A stretch of DNA of 64,000 nucleotides from Ilumatobacteraceae bacterium (lineage in GTDB: Bacteria > Actinomycetota > Acidimicrobiia > Acidimicrobiales > Ilumatobacteraceae): positions 53,812-117,811 of the forward strand of contig CAVOQV010000017.1 in assembly GCA_963698435.1 (NCBI GenBank), in the 5' to 3' direction. Positions 9,423 through 18,954 of this stretch are shown here, in pieces (position 1 is the first letter of the stretch; each line of letters opens with the position of its first letter). Under the pieces are notes generated by a model, which did not search any database, was not told where the DNA came from, and saw only the letters and a list, made by a program, of their open reading frames with translations. The translations under genes were made by a program, and so were the position numbers.

Positions 9423-9812
9423 ATGGTCAAGTCAGTTGTCGAGATGATCGGCGCGGCACGCGCCGAGATCGAGTTGGTGTCACCCGAGGCGGTGATGGAG
9501 GAGTTGACGACCGGCGAGCCGGTCCTGGTCGACATCCGGGAACCGATCGAATGGGAACAACACATCGCCGGGGCGCTCCAAGTTCCGCGGGGACTGATCG
9601 AGTTCGTCGCCGACCCGGAGAGCCCCCGCCACAACGCCGACCTCGGACCCACCCGCAGGATCATCGTCTACTGCGCTTCGGGTGCACGCGCTGCCCTGAC
9701 GACCCTCACGCTGCAGAACATGGGCTACGAGAACGTGGCGAACCTGGACGGCGGCCTCAAGGGGTGGATCGCTGCGGGACTCCCGGTGGTCGAACATCAC
9801 GGCGACCTCTGA
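9423..9812 (+). CDS. Single-domain rhodanese-like sulfurtransferase
   Basis: 129 aa with active-site loop YCASGARA and LDGGLKGW. Confidence 0.85.
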   Translation: MVKSVVEMIGAARAEIELVSPEAVMEELTTGEPVLVDIREPIEWEQHIAGALQVPRGLIEFVADPESPRHNADLGPTRRIIVYCASGARAALTTLTLQNMGYENVANLDGGLKGWIAAGLPVVEHHGDL

Positions 9813-9819
9813 ACGGCGT

Positions 9820-9856
9820 CCGGCGGCGCGACGCAGCACTCCTGCGGTGCCGCCGG
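9820..9856. terminator. GC-rich hairpin between convergent genes
   Basis: CCGGCGGC..CGCAG-loop-CTGCG..GCCGCCGG between the rhodanese stop and the DM13 stop. Confidence 0.45.
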
Positions 9857-9866
9857 GCGACGGCCC

Positions 9867-10511
9867 TCAGGCCACGATCAGGTCGGCGGCGGTGAACGGA
9901 GTCGAGAAGCGCACGCACCACACGACCACCGTGTCGTAGACCGACAGGTCGACCTCGGGCGGGATCTCGTAGTTCTGATCGCCGATGTTGCCCTTGAGCA
10001 CGCCGAGGTCGACGAAGTCGTCGTCGAATGCGCCCGAGTCGCCGTTGGCGTCCGAGGCCGTCAGGTACACGCGGAGGTCGGGACCGTTGTCGGTGGAGAA
10101 GTTCTCGAACCGCAGGAAGCGCTGGTCGCTTCCGTCGTTGAGTACCACCGCGGTGCCCTCACCGCTATACCGGCCGCGCGGAACGAACCCGCCCTCGGCG
10201 AGCGTCACGACCTGTGGCGCTGGCGCTTCGGTGACGACAGGCCCGTCGGTCGGTGTTGCTGGCTCGGGCGCCTCCGATGCGCCGTCGCTCGGCGAGGTCG
10301 TCGCCGGCTCGTCGGGACCGGCCGGGACCGGCTCGACCGGGGCGGCCGCCGCTGCGACGCCCGAGTCGAAGACGGGGCCGGCCTCGTCGACCCTGTCGTC
10401 GATGAACAAGGTGTGCACTCCGAACACCCCGAACGCCAGGAAGGCGACGCCGACGAGAGCGACAGCCGTCACGGGAAGGACGATCCTGAGATTGCGTCGA
10501 ATCCAACTCAT
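9867..10511 (-). CDS. Membrane-anchored DM13 domain protein
   Basis: Starts MSWIRRNLRIVLPV with one TM helix. The C-terminal domain has RFLRFENFSTDNGPDLRVYL...VVVWCVRFSTPF. Confidence 0.7.
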   Translation of the reverse strand: MSWIRRNLRIVLPVTAVALVGVAFLAFGVFGVHTLFIDDRVDEAGPVFDSGVAAAAAPVEPVPAGPDEPATTSPSDGASEAPEPATPTDGPVVTEAPAPQVVTLAEGGFVPRGRYSGEGTAVVLNDGSDQRFLRFENFSTDNGPDLRVYLTASDANGDSGAFDDDFVDLGVLKGNIGDQNYEIPPEVDLSVYDTVVVWCVRFSTPFTAADLIVA

Positions 10512-10628
10512 GGACTCAACGTAGGGAGGCCGCCCACCATCACGAACCGGATCCCGGATCGTTCCCGGACCGTTCCCCATTCGGAAAGAACTGCTGTGAC
10601 GCCGGTGGTCCGACCCCTGGCGTGACAG

Positions 10629-13109
10629 TCACGCGTCGACGAGCTGCCTGTCGCGCTCTTCGTTCTCGCGTTGCTCTTCCTCGTGGGCGAGGGCGATGGC
10701 ACTCGTGTGCGTCCCACCCTCGACGTTGAGCGTCGGCAAGATGCGATCGAGCCACCCGGGCAACCACCAGTTCCGGGCGCCGAGCAGTTCCATCGTGGCC
10801 GGCACGAGCAGCATGCGGACGAACGTCGCGTCGAGGAACACCGCCGATGCCAAGCCGAGGCCGAACATCTTGATGATGCGGTTGTCCTCGAGCACGAAGC
10901 CGGCGAACACCACGATCATGATCGCGGCAGCGGCGGTGATCACGCGGGCGGTTGCTGCGAGGCCGTCGGCCACGGATCCCTTCGGGTCGCCCGTGCGGTC
11001 GAACTCCTCCTTGACGCGTGACAGCAGGAACACCTCGTAGTCCATCGAGAGGCCGAACACGATCGCGAACATCATCATCGGCAGGAACGGCTCGATCGGT
11101 CCGCCCGCGGTGTTGAACAGCGACGCACCCCAGCCCCAGCCGAACACGGCGACCACGATGCCGTAGGCGCCGCCGATCGACAGCATGTTCATGATGACCG
11201 CCTTGAGCGGCACCAGCACCGAGCGGAACACCATCATCAGCAACAGGAACGACAGCGAGAGCACGGCGATGAAGAAGATCGGGATCCGTTTCGCGAGGTA
11301 CGAACTGAAGTCGATGTTCGCTGCGACCGCACCGGACACGTTGACGACCACGTCGGTTCCGTCCGTCACCGACGGCACGACGTCGTCGCGCAGCGAGTTG
11401 ACCAGGTCGGCCGTCGCCTCGTCCTGCGGCCCGGTGGTGGGAGTCAGCCGGATGATGGCGGCCTCGGCGGTCGCCGGATCACCCGCGTTCGGGATCGGGC
11501 CGACGACGTCGGCGACGCCCTCGGTCGCCCCCAGGGTCCCGGTCAGCTCGGCGAGCACCTGGAGGTCCTGCGGCGACGACAGCTCGGCGGTCAACAGCAG
11601 CGGACCGTTGGTACCGGGCCCGAACGCCTCGCTGGTGAGGTCGTAGGCGGCACGCGTCGTGGTGCTCTCTGCGAAGTTGCTCTCGTCGGAGAACCCGAGG
11701 CGGAGACCCAGGACCGGCACCGACAACAACAGCAGGAACAGCGTCGTGGCGATCGCGATCGGCCACGGGCGGTGCTGCACGAACCGGCTCCACTTGTACG
11801 CCCAGGTCTGACGCAGCGGCTTCTCCTTGCGTGGCGGCAGCTCCTTGCGCAGCGGCGCAACAGCGAACGACGCGAGCATCACGATGACGGCGAGCGGCAG
11901 GCCGATCAGCAACGGCTGGATGCTGAGCCCCACGCCGACCAGCGCCAGCGCCACCAACCCGGCAGCGATCACCCCGCGCCAGCGCGACACCTCGATCTTG
12001 CGCTGAGCGAAACCGAGCAGCGCCGGGAGCAGGGTGACCGATGCGATCATCGTGATGAGCACGGTGACCGCAGCACCGGTCGCCAGGCCGTTGATGAACG
12101 ACAGGCCCATGATGAACATGCCGAGCAGCGAGATCACCACGGTGAAGCCGGCGAACACGACGGCACGTCCGGCGGTGTCGAGCGCGACGACCGTCGACTG
12201 CTCGGGGTCGAGGCCCGCTTTGAGCCCTTCTCGGTAGCGGGTGACGATGAAGAGGGCGTAGTCGATGCCGACGCCGATGCCGATCATGGCGCCGAGCGTG
12301 ACCGCGAAGTCGGGCACCGAGATGACATTGGACAGCAGCGTGATCAGACCGGCACCGATGCCGACGCCGAAGAGCGCCACGCCGATCGGAAGGCCCATCG
12401 CCAGGACTGAGCCGAACGACAGGATCAAGATGATGATGGCGAAGCCGAGGCCGATCAGCTCGGATTCTGGCGGCTCGAATTCGCCGAGCGCCTGGCCACC
12501 GACCTCGACCTGGAGACCGTCGATGTCGGTCGGCTTCAGGTCGGCGATGTCGGCGCCGATCTCGCCGGTTTGCGTCTCGCTGAGGTTCTCCGACAGATCG
12601 ACCTGCGCATACGCCACCTGTCCGGCGAGCGGTCCCTCGGTGGCGACCAGCCCCAGCGTCGCTCCCGCGGGAGAGTAGGGGCTGGTCAACGTGACGCCGT
12701 CGATCGCCGCGACTTCGTCGAAGAGCTCGGTCATCGCGGCGGTGACCTCGGGATCGTCGACTCCCTGATCGGCGCGGAAGATGATCGTGCCCGAGCGCCC
12801 GCTGCCGGCGCCATCGAAGTAGGCGTCGAGCGTGTCGAAGCCGCTCTTCGACTCGGAGTCGGGAATCGAGAACGAGCTGTCGCTCGAGGCGCCGATCGCG
12901 CCGACGAGTGCGAAGACGGTGACGAGCGCCGTGACCCAGGCGCCGAGCACCCACCAACGGCGGCGGAATCCGAAACGGCCGAGCTTGCCCCATGCCGAGT
13001 CGGGAACCTCGGTGGGAACGTGAGGAGCTCCGTGCGCAGGCTCGTAGGGGCGATCGGCGTCGTCGGGCTGGCCCGATGCGTCCGCGGGGGAAGTGGACGT
13101 CATGTTCAT
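10629..13109 (-). CDS. MMPL family RND-type transporter
   Basis: 826 aa from ATG 13109 (MNMTSTS). It has two 6-TM bundles, each preceded by a large soluble loop, typical of MMPL proteins. Confidence 0.85.
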   Translation of the reverse strand: MNMTSTSPADASGQPDDADRPYEPAHGAPHVPTEVPDSAWGKLGRFGFRRRWWVLGAWVTALVTVFALVGAIGASSDSSFSIPDSESKSGFDTLDAYFDGAGSGRSGTIIFRADQGVDDPEVTAAMTELFDEVAAIDGVTLTSPYSPAGATLGLVATEGPLAGQVAYAQVDLSENLSETQTGEIGADIADLKPTDIDGLQVEVGGQALGEFEPPESELIGLGFAIIILILSFGSVLAMGLPIGVALFGVGIGAGLITLLSNVISVPDFAVTLGAMIGIGVGIDYALFIVTRYREGLKAGLDPEQSTVVALDTAGRAVVFAGFTVVISLLGMFIMGLSFINGLATGAAVTVLITMIASVTLLPALLGFAQRKIEVSRWRGVIAAGLVALALVGVGLSIQPLLIGLPLAVIVMLASFAVAPLRKELPPRKEKPLRQTWAYKWSRFVQHRPWPIAIATTLFLLLLSVPVLGLRLGFSDESNFAESTTTRAAYDLTSEAFGPGTNGPLLLTAELSSPQDLQVLAELTGTLGATEGVADVVGPIPNAGDPATAEAAIIRLTPTTGPQDEATADLVNSLRDDVVPSVTDGTDVVVNVSGAVAANIDFSSYLAKRIPIFFIAVLSLSFLLLMMVFRSVLVPLKAVIMNMLSIGGAYGIVVAVFGWGWGASLFNTAGGPIEPFLPMMMFAIVFGLSMDYEVFLLSRVKEEFDRTGDPKGSVADGLAATARVITAAAAIMIVVFAGFVLEDNRIIKMFGLGLASAVFLDATFVRMLLVPATMELLGARNWWLPGWLDRILPTLNVEGGTHTSAIALAHEEEQRENEERDRQLVDA

Positions 13110-13116
13110 TATTGGA

Positions 13117-13135
13117 CATTCTGACCAGTAGAATG
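13117..13135. promoter_or_regulatory. Inverted repeat CATTCT-N7-AGAATG in the MMPL/TetR divergent spacer (candidate TetR operator)
   Basis: AT-rich palindrome within the 106-bp spacer 13110-13215. Confidence 0.35.
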
Positions 13136-13215
13136 AGCAATGGCAACAACGGACTCTGCAACGTGTCCGACGACACATCGGTTCGCAGCCAGACCAAACG
13201 CACCCTGCAATCCAG

Positions 13216-13821
13216 ATGACGACCCCCTCCGACGTATCCAGCCCTCCCCGTGCCGATGACCCGCGAGTCGAACGCACACGGGCGGCCGTGATCGAGGCAG
13301 CGTCCGATCTCCTCGTCGCCGACGGCCCCGCTGCCATCACCCACGCCAACGTCGCGACGGCGGCGAACGTGAGCCGAACCACCGTGTACACCCATTGGCC
13401 GACACGCGAGGACCTGCTGAGGGCGGCGATCGATTCAGTCGGCCGGGTTGCGCCGAACCTCGACGACCTCGTCGGCCCGATCCGCACCGATCTCGAGATC
13501 CTCTGCGGTCACCTGATCGAGGACCTGATCGACGATCAGCGCGCTCCCATGATCGCCAACATGATGGAACGTGCACTGCACGATCCCACGGTGGTCACCG
13601 TCCGCGACGAGTTCGTCGAGTTGTTCGAGCATGCGTTCGGCGTAGCGATCGAGCGCGGGATCGAGCGCGGCGAACTCCGCTCCGACATCGACGTTCGCCT
13701 CAGCGTGGCATCGATCGTGGGCAGCTTCCTGTTCGCCCGCTTCATGTCGAGCAGCGGCTTCGATCGAGCGCACGCCGAAGCCGTCCTCGACGACTTCGTC
13801 AAGGTCAACGCCCCGCGCTGA
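13216..13821 (+). CDS. TetR family transcriptional regulator, divergent from the MMPL gene
   Basis: HTH ...RTRAAVIEAASDLLVADGPAAITHANVATAANVSRTTVYTHWPTREDLL. Confidence 0.85.
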   Translation: MTTPSDVSSPPRADDPRVERTRAAVIEAASDLLVADGPAAITHANVATAANVSRTTVYTHWPTREDLLRAAIDSVGRVAPNLDDLVGPIRTDLEILCGHLIEDLIDDQRAPMIANMMERALHDPTVVTVRDEFVELFEHAFGVAIERGIERGELRSDIDVRLSVASIVGSFLFARFMSSSGFDRAHAEAVLDDFVKVNAPR

Positions 13822-13883
13822 CACTGCGCCGACCCCTGCGCTGACCCTGGGCCGCCCGTTCGACCCGAACAGAGAAGACAGGC

Positions 13884-14642
13884 TCAGGCGTCGCGACGGG
13901 CGATCAGCGCCTCGATCGGCACCAGGTCGAAGGGGTGGCCGGTCATCACGATCAGGTGCGTCGCCCCGGCCTCCAGGTACTGGTCCGCGATCGGGACGTC
14001 CTCGGCGGAGATGAGCACCGTGCGCTCGATCTCCGACCGATCGCGGCCGAGCTCGTCGCACCAGCGATCGAGCACCGCGTTCTTGTGGGCGAACGTCTCC
14101 GGTGGGCCGAACGAGTTCCAGGCATCCGCGTGTTCTGCGGTCAGCTTCAGTGTGACCTTCTCGCCGGAGCCACCGACGAGGATCGGCAGGCCGCCGATGG
14201 GGGCCGGGTTCAGCTTGCCGAGGCGGGCCTTGAGCCGCGGCAGATCGTCACGCAGCTTGTGCAGCCGGTTGATCGCGGTGCCGAACTCGTAGCCGTACTC
14301 GCTGTAGTCGCGCTCGAACCAACCGGCCCCGATACCCAGGTACATCCGGCCTCCCGACACGTGGTCCGCGGTGCGTGCGATGTCGGCGAGCAGCTCAGGG
14401 TTGCGGTAGCTGTTGCACGTGACGAGCATGCCGAGTTTGGCCCGCTCCGTGTCGGCAGCCATCGCGGTGAGAATCGTCCACCCCTCGAAGTGTGGTGCGT
14501 CGGGATCGCCGTACAACGGGAAGAAGTGGTCCCACGTCCAGATCGAGTCGACCCCCAACGATTCTGCACGTCGCCACGCGTCGCGGAGCTCGACGTACGA
14601 CGTTGCCTGCGGATGGAGCTGGACACCGACGTGAAAGGTCAT
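13884..14642 (-). CDS. LLM class F420-dependent oxidoreductase
   Basis: 252 aa from ATG 14642 (MTFHVGVQLHPQ). Motifs DSIWTWDHFFP, GIGAGWFERDYSEYG and LPILVGGSGEK. Confidence 0.8.
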   Translation of the reverse strand: MTFHVGVQLHPQATSYVELRDAWRRAESLGVDSIWTWDHFFPLYGDPDAPHFEGWTILTAMAADTERAKLGMLVTCNSYRNPELLADIARTADHVSGGRMYLGIGAGWFERDYSEYGYEFGTAINRLHKLRDDLPRLKARLGKLNPAPIGGLPILVGGSGEKVTLKLTAEHADAWNSFGPPETFAHKNAVLDRWCDELGRDRSEIERTVLISAEDVPIADQYLEAGATHLIVMTGHPFDLVPIEALIARRDA

Positions 14643-14677
14643 GTCGCCCAGTGAAGCATCCCCCCCACCCCCCGACG

Positions 14678-14735
14678 CCACGTTTGCGCACGATTCCCGG
14701 TGGACCGCCCCACCGAAATCGCGACGCAAACGTGG
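14678..14735 (-). repeat. Copy B of the repeated hairpin element, followed on the minus strand by GGGGGGTGGGGGG and the LLM start codon
   Basis: The minus strand reads CCACGTTTGCGTCGCGATTTCGGTGGGGCGGTCCACCGGGAATCGTGCGCAAACGTGG, then CGTCGGGGGGTGGGGGGATGCTTCACTGGGCGAC-ATG. Confidence 0.7.
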
Positions 14736-14754
14736 AGAGCCGAGGGCGCGAGCG

Positions 14755-15891
14755 TCAGCGGCGGCGAACGATGACGCTGCCGACGGAGTAGCCGGCACCG
14801 AAGGAACAGAGCACGCCGACGTCACCGGATGAGAGATCGTCACGGTGGCGATGGAACGCGATCACCGATCCGGCCGAGCTCGTGTTGGCGAACTCGTCGA
14901 GGATCACCGGGGCTTCGTCGTCGGTCGGCAGACGACCGAGCACGCCCTTGGCGATCAGCTGATTCATCTTCAGGTTGGCCTGGTGCAGCCAGAACCGACG
15001 CACGTCCTCCGCGGCGAGGTCGAGCTGCGTGAGGTGGTCCATGATGTGCTCGGCCACCATCGGGCAGACCTCACGGAACACCATCTGACCGTTCTGTCGG
15101 AACACGAGTTCCTGCGGGTCGCGCTCGGTGACCTCGGACGAATTGAGGAACCCGAAGTCGTTGCGGATGTTGTTGGAGAACTTGGTGACCAGCTTGGTGC
15201 CGAGCACCTCCCACTGGACCGGGGCCGTCGCATCCTCGGTGCGCTCCAGCACCAGAGCGGTGCACGCGTCGCCGAAGATGAAGTGGAAGTCGCGCATCTC
15301 GAAGTTGTTGTGACCGGACGTGATCTCCGGGTTGACCACGACCACGCAGTTCGCCGATCCGTTGCGCAACGCGTCCACACCTGCTTGCACGGAGAACGTG
15401 GCCGACGAGCAAGCGACATTCATGTCGTATCCCCAACCTTCCGCGCCGAGGGCGTCCTGGATCTCGATCGCCACCGCCGGGTAGGGCCGTTGGAGGTTCG
15501 AGCACCCGACGATCACCGCGTCGACGTCACCCGGATCGCGACCGGCCTGCGCGAGCGCCTCGTGGATCGCCGGCATCGACATCTCGGCCTGGATGCCCAG
15601 CTGATCCTCGCCTCGCGTCTCCAGTCGTGGACGCATCCGAGCGGGGTCGAGCACGCCCGACTTCTCCATCACGTAGCGCCGCTCGATGCCGGACGCCTTG
15701 ACGATGAACTCCTCGTCGGGCACCGCACGCTCGGCCACGTCGCCGCTGGCGATCTCCTCGGCATGCTCGGCGTTCCACTTGAGCACCGCCTCCGTGAGCG
15801 ACGCGACCAACTCCGCGTTGCTGACGGATTCGGGCGGCGTGAACAGCCCGGTTCCGGTGATCGAGACGGACGGCAGGTCGACGAGCGGCAT
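14755..15891 (-). CDS. Beta-ketoacyl-ACP synthase III family protein (long FabH-like form)
   Basis: 378 aa from ATG 15891. Cys-His-Asn contexts NVACSSATF, WLHQANLKM and FANTSSAGS. Confidence 0.85.
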   Translation of the reverse strand: MPLVDLPSVSITGTGLFTPPESVSNAELVASLTEAVLKWNAEHAEEIASGDVAERAVPDEEFIVKASGIERRYVMEKSGVLDPARMRPRLETRGEDQLGIQAEMSMPAIHEALAQAGRDPGDVDAVIVGCSNLQRPYPAVAIEIQDALGAEGWGYDMNVACSSATFSVQAGVDALRNGSANCVVVVNPEITSGHNNFEMRDFHFIFGDACTALVLERTEDATAPVQWEVLGTKLVTKFSNNIRNDFGFLNSSEVTERDPQELVFRQNGQMVFREVCPMVAEHIMDHLTQLDLAAEDVRRFWLHQANLKMNQLIAKGVLGRLPTDDEAPVILDEFANTSSAGSVIAFHRHRDDLSSGDVGVLCSFGAGYSVGSVIVRRR

Positions 15892-15922
15892 GGAACCGAC
15901 GCTAACCCCCGTGCTCACCCGG

Positions 15923-16516
15923 TCATCCCACCCAGGTCCGCACGAGCGACCGCAGCGTGTCGATGCCGTCCCCCTTGGATGCACTCACCCACACGATGTC
16001 GCCCTGGTCGAGCTGGCACCCGGCGGCGAGCTCCTTCTTGCGCGTGGCCCGTTTCGACGACTTCACCTTGTCGAACTTGGTGGCGACCACCGTGTGCGGC
16101 ACGCCGTGATAGCGCAGCCAGTCGAGCATCTGCGCGTCGAGTGTCGTCGGGCCGATCGCACCGTCGACGAGCACGAACACCATCGACAGGTTCTCGCGTT
16201 CGAGCAGATACCCCTCGATCATCTCCGGCCAGTCCCGCTTGACGTTCTTCGCCGCCTTCGCGAAGCCATAGCCGGGAAGGTCGACCATCGTGGCCGTGTC
16301 CGGCCGGGCGCTGTCGACGTCGAACATGTTGATCAGCTGCGTGCGTCCGGGCGTGTTCGACACCCTGGCGAGCTGCTTGCGGTTGGCGAGCGCGTTGATC
16401 AGCGACGACTTGCCGACGTTGGATCGGCCGACGAACGCCACCTCGGCCGGCGATTCGGGGAGCTGATCCACCCGACTCGCCGACTGGACGAACCTCAGAC
16501 GCAGTGGACCACTCAT
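15923..16516 (-). CDS. engB: Ribosome biogenesis GTP-binding protein YsxC/EngB
   Basis: G1 GRSNVGKSS, G3 DLPGYG, G4 TKFDK. 197 aa. Confidence 0.9.
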   Translation of the reverse strand: MSGPLRLRFVQSASRVDQLPESPAEVAFVGRSNVGKSSLINALANRKQLARVSNTPGRTQLINMFDVDSARPDTATMVDLPGYGFAKAAKNVKRDWPEMIEGYLLERENLSMVFVLVDGAIGPTTLDAQMLDWLRYHGVPHTVVATKFDKVKSSKRATRKKELAAGCQLDQGDIVWVSASKGDGIDTLRSLVRTWVG

Positions 16517-16707
16517 GGCATCATCCTCGCACCCCCCAACGCCTCCACCACCCGGACAACCCCACCGGTGCCCAACCGGTGCGATGAGCGAAACGACCGG
16601 AGATGCGCACTTCGCTCATCGCTGACCGAACTCGCATCGGTGGTGACGTTTCCCCGTCAGGAGAGGAATCGCTCGCATCCACGAATGCCGCGTCGTACTG
16701 TTCTCCC

Positions 16708-17334
16708 ATGGCACACAGCACTCCGAAGCGACTCGGGTTCGCGGTCGCCGCGGCCGGGCTGGCCGTGGCGCTCACCGCGTGCGGGAACGCCACCGAGACC
16801 GGCATCGAAAAGCTCATCGAATCGCAAGGCGGCGGCGACGTCGACCTCGACCTCGACGCGGAGGGTGGCTTCTCGGTGGAGACCGAAGAAGGCGGGATGT
16901 CGATCGACGAGGACGGCAACTTCGTGATCACCGACGCCGACGGATCCGTCGTGACCGGCAACGCCGATGCCGAGACCGGCGAGTTCGTCGTCGAGAGCGA
17001 GGACGGCAGCTTCAGCTCCGGCTCGACCACCGAACTCCCCGAGGAGTGGCCCACCGAGATCCCCGAACCGGATGGCCTCGCGATCAGCAGTGCCACGGTC
17101 ATCGGATCGGACACCGAACAGGCGATCACGGTCACGGGCAGCGTCGACAGCGTGGACTTCGTCGACGCCTACGGCAGCACCCTCGAGTCGGCGGGCCTCG
17201 ACGAGGAGTCGACGTTCAAGTCCGACGGCACGGTCAACAACGTGTACCGCAACGACCGGTGGACGGTGGGCGTGCTCTACTACGGCGACGCGGGCGACGA
17301 CCAGGTCACCGTCTCGATCTACTCCAACAGCTGA
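16708..17334 (+). CDS. Lipoprotein of unknown function (acidic, repetitive)
   Basis: MAHSTPKRLGFAVAAAGLAVALTAC gives a signal peptide and lipobox. The mature part is D/E/G/S/T-rich. Confidence 0.6.
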   Translation: MAHSTPKRLGFAVAAAGLAVALTACGNATETGIEKLIESQGGGDVDLDLDAEGGFSVETEEGGMSIDEDGNFVITDADGSVVTGNADAETGEFVVESEDGSFSSGSTTELPEEWPTEIPEPDGLAISSATVIGSDTEQAITVTGSVDSVDFVDAYGSTLESAGLDEESTFKSDGTVNNVYRNDRWTVGVLYYGDAGDDQVTVSIYSNS

Positions 17335-17544
17335 TCAGCCGCTGATCAAGGACGCGAGCGCCCAGATCGCCGCAACGAGGCCGATCCCCGCGTAGACGGC
17401 GCTGCGCAGCACGGGTGCCCGCTCGAGGTTCGTGTCGTCGAGCTGTTTCGCCGGTGGCTTGACGATCGCCAGGAAATTCCCGACGAACAACGCGCCACCG
17501 AACGCCAGGGTCAGCCACGCGAGGAGATCCTCTCCGAGAAACAT
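17335..17544 (-). CDS. Small two-TM membrane protein (hypothetical)
   Basis: MFLGEDLLAWLTLAFGGALFVGNFLAIV...AVYAGIGLVAAIWALASLISG. An alternative start is at 17583. Confidence 0.4.
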   Translation of the reverse strand: MFLGEDLLAWLTLAFGGALFVGNFLAIVKPPAKQLDDTNLERAPVLRSAVYAGIGLVAAIWALASLISG

Positions 17545-17576
17545 GGCCACAGGATGCCGCCTTCTATGCTCATTCG

Positions 17577-18938
17577 GTGCCACGCGGCGGACTGCTCGCT
17601 GAGATCAGGAATCCCGCGCAACTCGTGGTCGGTGCGTTCACCGCCTTCATCGTGTTCGGCACCGGATTGCTCTGGCTTCCGATCGCCGCCGACGGACCTG
17701 GCCACATCGGCCTGGAGGACGCCCTGTTCACCTCCACGTCCGCAGCAACCGTGACCGGCCTGGGATCCACCGACATCACGCGGTTCTCGCTCTTCGGTGA
17801 GCTGGTCATCTTGATGCTGATCCAGATCGGTGGCTTCGGCATCATGACGATCGGGTCGGTGCTCGCCATCGTCGCGTCGAGTCGGGTCGGGTTGCGCCAG
17901 CGCATGCTCGCCCAGGCCGAGATCGGCGCCGTCGACATGGGGGATCTGCGACGCCTGATCCTTGCCATCGCCAAGATCACGCTGGCCGCGGAGGCAACGC
18001 TGGCGACGATTCTCTTCGTGCGGTTCTGGCAGGGCGGCTACGAAGACGGGCCGATCGCGTCGGCGTACTCGGGCATCTTCCATTCCATCGCATCGTTCAA
18101 CAACGCCGGGATCTCGCTGTATCCGGACAACCTGACCCGTTTCGTCGCCGATCCTGTCGTGGTCCTGAGCGTGTCTGCCACGTTCATCATCGGTGGTCTC
18201 GGCTTCCCGATCCTCGTGGAGTTCTGGCGCCGTTCGGCTCGACGGGGCACGACGGCGCGCACCCACTGGTCGCTGCACACCAAGATCACGCTGCTGGTCA
18301 CCGCGGCACTGTTGATCTTCGGACCCATGGTGGTGATGACGTTCGAGTGGACGAATCCAGCCACCCTCGGACCGCTCGACACGTTCGACAAGGTCCTCGC
18401 CGGGTGGTTCCAGGGCGTCACGCCGCGAACCGCCGGATTCAACACCGTCGACATCGGCGGCATGAACGAGCCGACCCTGCTCGTGATCACGACCCTGATG
18501 TTCATCGGCGCCGGCCCGGCGTCGACCGCCGGCGGCATCAAGGTGACGACGTTCGCGGTCCTCGGGTTCGTGCTCTGGTCCGAGGTGCGTGGCAATACGG
18601 ACATGAACGTGTTCGGTCGCCGGTTGCCGGCGAACCTGATCCGCCAAGCCCTCACGGTCGCCCTGCTCGCGATCGGCCTCGTCGTGGGCGCAACGCTGGC
18701 CCTGATGAGCGTCGAGGACCTCTCGCTGACGCCGGCGCTGTTCGAGATCACCTCGGCGTTCGGCACCGTCGGACTCTCGACCGGCGTCACAGGCAGCATC
18801 GGCGCCACCGGGCACCTCCTCCTGGTGATCGTGATGCTTGCGGGCCGCGTCGGACCCGTCACCTTCGTCACCGCACTCGCGCTGCGCGAGCGCATTCCCG
18901 CATACCGTTATCCCGAGGAGCGACCGATCATTGGCTGA
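17577..18938 (+). CDS. trkH: TrkH/KtrB family potassium uptake membrane protein
   Basis: 453 aa, multi-pass, with repeated pore-loop motifs (SAATVTGLG, FNNAGIS, TAGFNT, TAGGIKV). Confidence 0.85.
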   Translation: MPRGGLLAEIRNPAQLVVGAFTAFIVFGTGLLWLPIAADGPGHIGLEDALFTSTSAATVTGLGSTDITRFSLFGELVILMLIQIGGFGIMTIGSVLAIVASSRVGLRQRMLAQAEIGAVDMGDLRRLILAIAKITLAAEATLATILFVRFWQGGYEDGPIASAYSGIFHSIASFNNAGISLYPDNLTRFVADPVVVLSVSATFIIGGLGFPILVEFWRRSARRGTTARTHWSLHTKITLLVTAALLIFGPMVVMTFEWTNPATLGPLDTFDKVLAGWFQGVTPRTAGFNTVDIGGMNEPTLLVITTLMFIGAGPASTAGGIKVTTFAVLGFVLWSEVRGNTDMNVFGRRLPANLIRQALTVALLAIGLVVGATLALMSVEDLSLTPALFEITSAFGTVGLSTGVTGSIGATGHLLLVIVMLAGRVGPVTFVTALALRERIPAYRYPEERPIIG

Positions 18939-18954
18939 CAAAATTCTTCACACG

